A DNA stretch of 64,000 nt from Bacteroidaceae bacterium (GTDB taxonomy: Bacteria; Bacteroidota; Bacteroidia; Bacteroidales; Bacteroidaceae): contig JAFWXS010000047.1 of the NCBI GenBank assembly GCA_017517925.1, positions 2,864 to 66,863 on the forward strand, in the 5' to 3' direction. The position numbers and the translations under genes are program-made. The number at the start of each line of letters is the position of its first letter. Position 1 is the first letter of the stretch. Under the pieces are notes generated by a model. It did no database searches, had not been told where the DNA came from, and saw nothing but the letters and a program-made list of their open reading frames with translations. Positions 29,701-36,064 of this stretch are shown here, in pieces.

Positions 29701-30070
29701 AGGTTGTGTTGCCATCCTCGATGATGACTTTCTTGAGAGCGGTACAATTGCCAAAAGCATAGTTTCCAATGCTCGTCACGCTCTCGGGGATGGTGATGGC
29801 GGTGAGGCTGCTGCAACCATCGAAAGCCCTCTCTCCAATGCTCGTCACACGATACGTCTTGCTATTATAGGTGACGGTGGTGGGGAGGGCGATGGAGCCG
29901 GAGTAATCTTCGTTGCTGTACGAATTTCCCTTGAAGGTCACACCGACCGTGCGCGCAGCTTCAGAGGTGATGTTGTAGTAGATACCCTCTACCGAAAAAT
30001 CATGTGCACTTACCGTGAGGCTGCACAATAGCGTGGCTATCGTGGTCAGCCAAAGTTTAAATGTTTTCAT
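26738..30070 (-). CDS. BspA-type leucine-rich-repeat (LRR_5) surface protein with a T9SS C-terminal sorting domain
   Basis: 1110 aa with a signal peptide. It carries dozens of ~23-aa units (SLTAITIPEGVTSIGxYAFxxCSSL). The C-terminus (IYNLKGMRV...GIYIQNGKKFVVM) looks like a Por secretion tail. Confidence 0.9.
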   Translation of the reverse strand: MKTFKLWLTTIATLLCSLTVSAHDFSVEGIYYNITSEAARTVGVTFKGNSYSNEDYSGSIALPTTVTYNSKTYRVTSIGERAFDGCSSLTAITIPESVTSIGNYAFGNCTALKKVIIEDGNTTLSLGYNYYYYSISTGEGLFYDCPLEEVYLGRNLSYSSGSFYGYSPFYNKGKLTTLTIGDNVTSIGSFAFRDCSSLTAITLPESVTSIGEYAFFDCSSLTSIILPEGVTSIGEYAFSDCSSLTAITIPEGVTSIESYTFSNCSSLTAITIPESVTSIGSIAFSDCSSLATITIPEGVTSIGSIAFSGCSSLYKVINYSNLSLSKGSSNYGNVAYFAKAVYQGGELTTVGDYQFYTSNGIYSLVNYIGNDTEIVLPDSYNGENYKIGDCAFYSCSSLTAITIPEGVASIGEYAFSGCSSLKAINIPEGVTSIEEYTFQNCSSLTSITIPEGVTSIGDKAFYNCSSLYSVTIGSGVLSIGNGAFSTPEKVIWLTNTPPTGYANAQGSINYVANDLYTRVSNVKVYPYLSSMFEVDGVKYVPVSPSERTCHAIDCAYDSTAESINVSETASFKGIAMTVKEVMPYTFYGNKHIKEVNISHKGNIGDYAFYDCDSVQSVEISNEGNVGSQAFYDCDGMLAATISNQGNIESQAFYDCDGIKSLDISNVGYVGDKSFRGCGALETAIVANTGAVNSSAFYDCVSLKSATLGDKVTSLGNDAFRGCTSLQEIVIPNSVKSVGTYCFYGCTVMKNAVIGDGLKNVKEYTFANCGLEKIIIGDNITSIGNYAFKECRGMKSAVLGNGLIKVNGTMFNGCIGLENVEIGYKVKILEANAFSGCSSLKDVKIGSGVATINNYAFQGCSSLPTITIPQAVTKIGDNVFVGCSKLADVIIEDRITALSLGSNGSSALFADCPLDSVYIGGKITYSTTSSEGYSPFYRNTSLRTIVITDREEQIYDNEFYGCTNLQDVTIGNGVKSIGNYAFSGCSSLEGFSFGRSMKTIGTEAFSDCTNLTAITSYAVTPPVCGSQALDDINKWSCVLKVPVGSLNAYMVANQWKEFFFIEDDVVDGVENVIMDADDTPIYNLKGMRVSGTRETLPTGIYIQNGKKFVVM
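28690..29830. repeat. Near-identical ~69-bp DNA repeats encoding consecutive LRR units
   Basis: Repeated strings such as ccaatgctcgtcacgccctcggggatggtgatggcggtgaggctgctgcaa occur many times. Confidence 0.85.
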
Positions 30071-30267
30071 TGTTGTTTGTATTTAAAATTAGGGATAAAA
30101 ATTCTTTCCATAGTGTTTAAAACAAGTTCCTCATTGCTTTCTTCATATAGAAATTTTCCGTCTTCATACGATAATAGGCCTGTTTGTAACAATTCTTCCT
30201 CGAATTTCTGAAGCTTATCGGGGCTAATCTGTTCTATAATGAACATGATGGATAACTGTTTCTTCAT
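30067..30267 (-). CDS. Small acidic hypothetical protein (66 aa)
   Basis: Its start and stop make ATGA overlaps with both neighbours (30264-30267 and 30067-30070). It is very AT-rich and has no signal peptide. Confidence 0.55.
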   Translation of the reverse strand: MKKQLSIMFIIEQISPDKLQKFEEELLQTGLLSYEDGKFLYEESNEELVLNTMERIFIPNFKYKQQ

Positions 30268-30716
30268 AATTCATTTACATTGTTATTTATTATGTTTATA
30301 AGCTCCATAAACAGATTGTAATCCATGGCTCCTCTAGCAGAAAATGATGTAGGTTTAACAGTAGAATAATCTGCAATGATTATCCGTTGGTCTTCCCTAA
30401 AAATTAGTCCGTGCGCAATGGAGTTACGCAAATGTGATAAAAATGATAGGACTTTATCCTTATTTTTAGATTTAGTGAAACAAATTTTATTTTTGAATGT
30501 ACTCAAGTCTACTTTTTGGATTTCCCTTAACCCTGTTTTCGATAGTTCTAAATTCCCAAGAAATAAGGGAAGAATGTGTACTAATTGAGGATGACAACGA
30601 TATACATCTTCTAAAGCATAGAAAAACCCAAATCCGCCCTTTTCATACATACAGATAAAACGATAAAGATCCTTTACCTCATCTTTTGTAAAGCCATTGA
30701 TTTCTTCTTGTTTCAT
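30264..30716 (-). CDS. Hypothetical 150-aa protein with an R-x4-H (HEPN-like) motif
   Basis: The motif LSHLRNSIAHGLIF (R97...H102, nt 30411-30428) matches the HEPN Rx4-6H / RNxxAH signature. The gene is AT-rich, cytoplasmic in type, and first in the three-gene unit. Confidence 0.6.
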   Translation of the reverse strand: MKQEEINGFTKDEVKDLYRFICMYEKGGFGFFYALEDVYRCHPQLVHILPLFLGNLELSKTGLREIQKVDLSTFKNKICFTKSKNKDKVLSFLSHLRNSIAHGLIFREDQRIIIADYSTVKPTSFSARGAMDYNLFMELINIINNNVNEL

Positions 30717-30801
30717 AGTTGCCTAAATTCTTGCCTACCACTCTCCCCGCTTCAGCATTAAGTTAATACTACGGTTATGGATCCTGTTCACGTAGGGACA
30801 T

Positions 30802-30843
30802 AAAAAAGACGTGGGAGAAACTTTCTTGCTTATCCCAATCGTC
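30802..30843 (-). terminator. Intrinsic terminator at the 3' end of structured-RNA copy 1
   Basis: The RNA reads GACG-AUU-GGGAUAAGC-AAGAAA-GUUUCUCCC-A-CGUC followed by UUUUUU. Confidence 0.6.
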
Positions 30844-31225
30844 CGGCCTTCGCATTGCCTATGTACAAGGATAAGCAACTCAGCCAGCCCACGCCGTGCG
30901 GTTTATAAACAACCATCGCCTATGGCACTGCGCGAGATTTTTCACTTCGTTCAAAATGACAAATTTGTTCAGAATGACAAAGCGAGGCCTCGCGGCCATA
31001 GGTTAGGGGTAATAAACGCCCGAAGTGGACGCTTCGTTGCGGTATCTTCTTGTACATAATCAAAGTTGCGAAGTTTGACGATCAGAAGATAACGTTCAGA
31101 AAACGTCCTTTTCCTGCTCCTCGGCGAGGCTCGGTGCTGACGCGAAGTCTGCGGTGAGCGATGCGCTCTCAAAGCACGGAATCCAATATGTCTTGACCCA
31201 CCCATCCCTTGCGAGCTGGCTGAAT
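30802..31225 (-). ncRNA. Candidate structured noncoding RNA or cis-regulatory leader, copy 1 (~420 nt), family unknown
   Basis: It has its own TAnnTTTG box upstream, a terminator at the 3' end, no credible ORF, and a diverged paralog at 60686-60978 that keeps the same helices. Confidence 0.6.
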
Positions 31226-31230
31226 CGCAG

Positions 31231-31238
31231 CAAATGTA
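31231..31238 (-). promoter_or_regulatory. -7 box TACATTTG for structured-RNA copy 1
   Basis: Exact TAnnTTTG match on the minus strand. I did not find a clean -33 TTTG at the canonical spacing. Confidence 0.45.
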
Positions 31239-31299
31239 GTAAATAATTAGGAATTAGGAGTTAGATTTTACAAATTATTCATAAAAATTGCCTTTGGCC

Positions 31300-31607
31300 C
31301 CTTGCTTTTCCCCTACGGGCCAGCGACCTAAAGGTTCGGGCGGCGAACACGTTTCACGGGAAATTCATGGAAATTCATGTTTTAAACGCAAACCGAAGTT
31401 CGCATGAAACAAAAAGCTGTGGGGAACTTGAATATTTTTATAATACGTTTCCCTGCGCGGTAGTTAGTGAGGTATTCCGCGGTAATTAGCGAGGTACACC
31501 GCGATAGTTAGCGAGGCATTCCGCGGTAGTTAGCGAGGTATACCGCGATAGTGTCATCCAGAACGAAGTGAACCTTTAGGTCGCTGGCCCGTAGGGGAAA
31601 AGCAAGG
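31300..31607. repeat. Perfect 38-bp inverted repeat (31300-31337 / 31570-31607) enclosing 232 bp; MITE-like or cruciform element
   Basis: CCTTGCTTTTCCCCTACGGGCCAGCGACCTAAAGGTTC and its exact reverse complement. Confidence 0.9.
31456..31553. repeat. Tandem array of 4.5 copies of the 22-bp unit CGCGRTARTTAGYGAGGYAYWC
   Basis: The units lie at 31456-31477, 31478-31499, 31500-31521, 31522-31543, plus a partial unit at 31544-31553. Confidence 0.9.
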
Positions 31608-31668
31608 ATCTCGCAAACGTCTCATGCTAAGTCCCAGCGCGAGATCCCTCTCTAAGCTCGGGATGACA
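31552..31668. repeat. REP-like palindrome of the same family as 1238-1333, with nested modules
   Basis: tgtcatccagaacgaagtgaacc pairs with gagatccctctctaagctcgggatgaca. The interior contains the IR GGATCTCGC...GCGAGATCC. Confidence 0.6.
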
Positions 31669-31697
31669 GAGACTTCTGGGTAAACTCTATATTATTG

Positions 31698-31733
31698 CCA
31701 AAAACAATAGGGGCAGGCACAAGGCCTACCCCT
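31698..31733 (-). terminator. Intrinsic terminator of pepC
   Basis: The minus strand reads AGGGGTAGGC-CTTGT-GCCTGCCCCT followed by ATTGTTTTTGG. Confidence 0.7.
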
Positions 31734-31765
31734 ACGGATTGTTTGGCTAACAAGAGAGCGTGGAA

Positions 31766-33154
31766 TTACTCCTCACCCATGAACATGGGGTCCCAGCAGG
31801 GGAGCATGATGGGCTTCTGCTTGGCGGCCTTCAGTACCTCGGGGGTGGCGTACTTCTTGTTCACCACTAAGCGGAACATGTACTCATTGAACCACTCGTC
31901 GGTCATGATGAGATGTCCGTTGTGGCCTGAGGCGGCACCCCAGCTGTTTTCCACTTTCCACATGGTGGGACGACCCTCTGCATCTACGTCGACAGCCATC
32001 ATGGTCATGGCATGCGACGAGCCGCTGTCGAAGGTGCGGATGCGCTGTGCCTTGTCCATGCCGAACTTGATGCCGAGGAGCGACTCGTAGTCGTAGTTGT
32101 CCATATCGAGCAGGCCGCGCTTGCTGTCGAGCTCCTTGGCCACGTCGCAAGAGAAGTACATCATCACGGAGTCCTTGATGGAGGCGATGGCCATCTCTTT
32201 GATTTCGTCGAGGGGGAGGTTGAGGTAGAGCCAGTTGTGACCGTCGTAGGTGTGGCGGTCGTACTGTATCTCGTAGGTCTTCCAGTACTCGCGGGTGGGG
32301 TCGTTCATGAGCATGATGTAGTCGTTCTGGTAGTCCTCGCCTACGAACTCGGCGTAGAACGACTGCGGGGTGTACTCCTTAGGCTCCCACATGTACTTGC
32401 CCTGGGCATCCTTGGGAGCCCACTTGAAGGTGGTGACGGGCTCGCCGAAGCCGAGCACGAGGATGCGATATACCTCGCTCAGCATGTCCTCCTTGAGGGC
32501 CTGCAGCTCTTTCTTCTTGGCACCGGCGGCAATACGGTCGCGCAGGATGAGGCCATCTTCACGCAGCTTGCGGGTGATGAGTCCGGTGAAGCGTGAGGTG
32601 TTGTTGCTGGCATAGGTCTCGGGCATCACGCCGGAAGGCACGATACCATACTTGGCTACGAGGTCGGCCACACCGGTGAAGGTACCGCCGTCGCTCAGGG
32701 GGTGCTTGAAGAGCCACTCCACGGTCTTGTCTTCCATAGGTTTGTCGCCCGTGTCGATAACGGCCTGGAGGAAGAGGTTTGACTTCTCCAACTGGTCGTA
32801 GAAGAAGTTGTACACCTGCGAGAAGGTGAGCCCGGGTAGGTTGTGCTCGTTGATGACACGGCTACGCATCACGTTGAGGCCGGTGAAGAGCCAGCAGCGG
32901 CCCGATGACTTCTGGTCGGTGATGCCGCGTGAGGGCACGCTGTGGGCAAAGTAGGTGTCCATCTCTACCTGGTTGGCCTGGTTCACGGCCAGGTTGCGCA
33001 CGTCGTTGGTGGCCATGGCATTGTGGATGGCGCGGTCGGTAGCGGTGAGCGCATTGTCGGTTTTGAACTTCTCCAGCATCTGCGGAGTGATACTCTGTGC
33101 TGCAGCGCCGAGGCTCATGACGGCGAGGGCGGCTGCGAATAGTGTTTTCTTCAT
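31766..33154 (-). CDS. pepC: Aminopeptidase C (C1-family, bleomycin-hydrolase-like), secreted
   Basis: The internal ATG at 33154 gives the signal peptide MKKTLFAAALAVMSLGAAAQ. The SSGRCWLF active-site Cys motif is present. Confidence 0.9.
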   Translation of the reverse strand: MKKTLFAAALAVMSLGAAAQSITPQMLEKFKTDNALTATDRAIHNAMATNDVRNLAVNQANQVEMDTYFAHSVPSRGITDQKSSGRCWLFTGLNVMRSRVINEHNLPGLTFSQVYNFFYDQLEKSNLFLQAVIDTGDKPMEDKTVEWLFKHPLSDGGTFTGVADLVAKYGIVPSGVMPETYASNNTSRFTGLITRKLREDGLILRDRIAAGAKKKELQALKEDMLSEVYRILVLGFGEPVTTFKWAPKDAQGKYMWEPKEYTPQSFYAEFVGEDYQNDYIMLMNDPTREYWKTYEIQYDRHTYDGHNWLYLNLPLDEIKEMAIASIKDSVMMYFSCDVAKELDSKRGLLDMDNYDYESLLGIKFGMDKAQRIRTFDSGSSHAMTMMAVDVDAEGRPTMWKVENSWGAASGHNGHLIMTDEWFNEYMFRLVVNKKYATPEVLKAAKQKPIMLPCWDPMFMGEE

Positions 33155-33185
33155 ATTGTGCTTATTTTTAAAGGTAAATGTCTTT

Positions 33186-33596
33186 CTATCGCATCTCCAA
33201 GGCGCGGTTCTCGGCAGCTTCCATAATCTCGCGCTCGCCGGGTCCCTTGTCGTTGATACCGCAGAGGTGGAGGATACCATGTATGATGGTACGGTGCAGC
33301 TCCTCATCGTACTCGGTGGCAAACTGTTCGCTGTTGGTCCTCACCGTGTCGAGGCTGATGAAGAGGTCGCCTCCGATAGTGTCGCCCTCGGTGTAGTCGA
33401 AGGTGATGATGTCGGTATAATAGTCGTGCTGCAGGTACTCGCGGTTGACCTCGATGATACGCTCATCGTTGCAGAAGATGTAGCCCACGTCGCCCACCTT
33501 CTTGCCGTAGGTGGCTGCCACGCGGCGTATCCATGCTGTAGTCTCGCGCTTCTTGATGTTTGGCATCCGAGTGCCGTCGGTTTGGTAGGTTATCAT
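33186..33596 (-). CDS. ybeY: rRNA maturation endoribonuclease YbeY
   Basis: 136 aa with the zinc motif HGILHLCGIND. Confidence 0.92.
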   Translation of the reverse strand: MITYQTDGTRMPNIKKRETTAWIRRVAATYGKKVGDVGYIFCNDERIIEVNREYLQHDYYTDIITFDYTEGDTIGGDLFISLDTVRTNSEQFATEYDEELHRTIIHGILHLCGINDKGPGEREIMEAAENRALEMR

Positions 33597-33659
33597 GTTT
33601 TGTTTAGTGTTAGAGGTTAGAGTTTAGGGATTCCCCGCATTCATCTCTCATCGTAAAAA

Positions 33660-34892
33660 TCATCCGAAGAACAAATAACAAATGAATATTGCCGATACGA
33701 TACCTGCCAGGTCGGCCAGGAGGCCGCAGGTGACGGCATGGCGAGTCTTGCGTATGCCTACACTGCCGAAGTACACGGCCAGTATATAGAAGGTGGTATC
33801 GGTAGCCCCCTGGAATAGGCAGGCAAGGCGACCCACAAAGGAGTCGGCACCATAGGTGGTCATGGCATCGACCATCAGTCCGCGTGCACCGCTACCGCTC
33901 AGGGGCTTCATCAGTGCCGTAGGCAGAGCACCTACAAACTCGGTGTCGCCACCCAAGAATGCCACGAGCCAGGCGATGCCGTCGATGAGGAAGTCCATCG
34001 CGCCCGATGCACGGAACACGCCGATGGCCACCAATATGGCCACTAAGTAGGGGATGATGCGCACGGCTGTCTGGAAACCCTCCTTGGCTCCTTCGATGAA
34101 GGTCTCGTATACATTGATCTTCTTACGCATTCCCGCCAGAATGAAACAGGCGATTATGCCGCAGAGGAACACGTTCGCAAAGGTAGACGACACCACATCC
34201 ATCTGCTCGCGCGGCATGGCACTGAAGCCCCAGATGATGAGGGCTACCAGGGTACACAAGGCACCGAGGAAGAGCAGTAGCGTGCGGTTCAGGAGGTTGA
34301 TGCGCTGATAGAGGCAGGTGATGATGAGTCCCACCACGGTAGAGAAGAAGGTGGCGAGGAGGATGGGTACAAACACATCGGTAGGCTGCGCGGCACCCAG
34401 CTGGGCACGATACACCATCACGCTGATGGGTACGAGCGTAAGCCCCGAAGTGTTGAGCACGAGAAACATGATCATCGGGTTGGTGGCGGTATCCTTCTTG
34501 GTGTTCAACTCTTGCAACTGCTCCATCGCCTTAAGCCCCATGGGCGTAGCCGCATTGTCGAGCCCCAGCATATTGGCGGCAAAGTTCATAAAGATGGTAC
34601 CTGTCACGGGATGCCCTTTGGGTATGTCGGGGAAGATTTTGGAGAACACGGGAGCCAACCACCGAGCCACTACATTGACCACCCCACCCTTCTCGCCAAT
34701 GCGCATGATGCCGAGCCATAGGGAGAGCACTCCCGTGAGGCCGAGCGAAATCTCGAAGGCCGACCGTGCCGACGAGAACGTAGAGTTCATGATAGCGGGG
34801 AACACCTCGGTGTCGCCCATGAAGATGAGGCGCACCAATGCCACGGCAAAGGCCACGAGGAAGAATGCTATCCAGATATAGTTGAGTACCAT
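33660..34892 (-). CDS. Nucleoside-recognition (Gate) domain membrane protein, SpmA/SpmB-like
   Basis: The likely start is the ATG at 34892 (MVLNYIWIAFFLVAF). The track ORF begins at an upstream TTG. Confidence 0.8.
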   Translation of the reverse strand: MVLNYIWIAFFLVAFAVALVRLIFMGDTEVFPAIMNSTFSSARSAFEISLGLTGVLSLWLGIMRIGEKGGVVNVVARWLAPVFSKIFPDIPKGHPVTGTIFMNFAANMLGLDNAATPMGLKAMEQLQELNTKKDTATNPMIMFLVLNTSGLTLVPISVMVYRAQLGAAQPTDVFVPILLATFFSTVVGLIITCLYQRINLLNRTLLLFLGALCTLVALIIWGFSAMPREQMDVVSSTFANVFLCGIIACFILAGMRKKINVYETFIEGAKEGFQTAVRIIPYLVAILVAIGVFRASGAMDFLIDGIAWLVAFLGGDTEFVGALPTALMKPLSGSGARGLMVDAMTTYGADSFVGRLACLFQGATDTTFYILAVYFGSVGIRKTRHAVTCGLLADLAGIVSAIFICYLFFG

Positions 34893-35003
34893 GAGGACAA
34901 AATTAGTGCAAGCCGAGCGGAAATGCAAATTTATTTGCAATTTCCCGAGGCGCAGCCTAATTTCTGCAACACAGTTGCTAAAAATTGCATGAAACAAACA
35001 AAG

Positions 35004-36005
35004 TTATTTACGCAACATTTCTCCGAGACCTTTCTCTAAATCGTATTGCGGCTGATAATCCAGTTCATCCACAAGCGGTGTGATGTCGCACGTCCAGTTG
35101 CGCTGCTTGAGGATACGGTATTTGTCTCTGTTGAGCACGAAACTCTTGCCCATAAGCTTACCCACAACATCGCAGAGGGTGGCGGCTATGGAGCCTATCC
35201 ACAGCGGGAGGGTGATGTGCATGACGAAGGGATGACCCAAAGCCTTGCGCACCGCACGGCCAAAGTCGTGGGCGGTGTAGACATTGCCATCAGTGACAAA
35301 GTAGCTGCGGCGGACGATGCCGCGGGAGATGGCGCAGAAAACGGCTTGTACCAAGTCGCGGACGTAGACAAAGGTAATCAATTGGCGGCGATAGCCTAAG
35401 CGCAGATCTACATGGTGGCGTATAGAGTTTATCAACACTTGATAGTCCTTGTCGCGTGGACCGTATACGCCTGTTGGGCGGAAGATGACGTAGGGTAGGG
35501 TGGGGTGCCCTGTCAGATAGGCTTCGGTGGCGTGCTTGCTCTGCCCGTAGACTGTGTCGGGCTGCGGAGTGTCGGCCTCTGTGATGCGCTGAAAAGGCGG
35601 TGTCTCGTGTATGGGACCATATACGCCAAGGGTGCTGAGGTAAATGAATTGCCGGGGAAGGATATTCAAGGCTTGCAACGCATCGACAAGACGGTGTGTG
35701 CCCATATAGTTGGCCTCGTAGAACTCTTGCTTGTACAGACACTTGGTGGCGCCTGCGCAATGGATGATGATGTCCCATGCGCCATGAAGCAGGTAGTGCT
35801 CGTGGAGCTGCGCGGTGAGCGTGGCTGCATCCGTGTAGTCCAGTTCGATAAAGTGTATGCGGCTATCTGTCAGGTAGCGGCGGTTACTGGTAGTACGTAC
35901 GGCAGCCCATGTCTCATAGCCACAGCCCAAGGCCTGCTCTACCATGTGGCTCCCGACAAAGCCGGAGGCACCGGTGACAAGGATGCGTGTGTGAGTGTTG
36001 TCCAT
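35004..36005 (-). CDS. NAD-dependent epimerase/dehydratase-family (extended SDR) protein
   Basis: 333 aa with the Rossmann motif VTGASGFVGSH and a YxxxK (YGQSK) motif. Confidence 0.85.
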   Translation of the reverse strand: MDNTHTRILVTGASGFVGSHMVEQALGCGYETWAAVRTTSNRRYLTDSRIHFIELDYTDAATLTAQLHEHYLLHGAWDIIIHCAGATKCLYKQEFYEANYMGTHRLVDALQALNILPRQFIYLSTLGVYGPIHETPPFQRITEADTPQPDTVYGQSKHATEAYLTGHPTLPYVIFRPTGVYGPRDKDYQVLINSIRHHVDLRLGYRRQLITFVYVRDLVQAVFCAISRGIVRRSYFVTDGNVYTAHDFGRAVRKALGHPFVMHITLPLWIGSIAATLCDVVGKLMGKSFVLNRDKYRILKQRNWTCDITPLVDELDYQPQYDLEKGLGEMLRK

Positions 36006-36064
36006 CTATGAAGGATAACAGACAGAAAGCGAAATTGTTGTCAGGATGACACGAGGGCTTGGGA

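Noticed and set aside
26738-30070. The LRR gene as a target of a diversity-generating retroelement
   Set aside because: There is no reverse transcriptase gene and no template repeat matching the 3' end of the gene anywhere in the window. The internal repeats are ordinary tandem LRR units.
30811-31205. ORFs 30811..31059 (+) and 30969..31205 (-) in the large intergenic region, and likewise 60675..61082 (-) and 60866..61132 (+)
   Set aside because: They overlap each other on opposite strands and are rich in Arg, Ser and Cys. They span repeat modules and terminators. The nucleotide-level conservation between the two loci follows RNA-helix logic, not codon logic.
31456-31553. The 22-bp tandem repeats as a possible CRISPR array
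   Set aside because: The units are directly adjacent with no spacers, the unit is shorter than typical CRISPR repeats, and no cas genes are present in the window.
26299-31765. The rnr 3'-end duplication as attL/attR flanking the LRR island
   Set aside because: The two copies are only 63 bp apart on the same side of the island. I found no third copy near 30.8-31.8 kb, and there is no integrase. I kept it only as a lower-confidence scar hypothesis in the findings.
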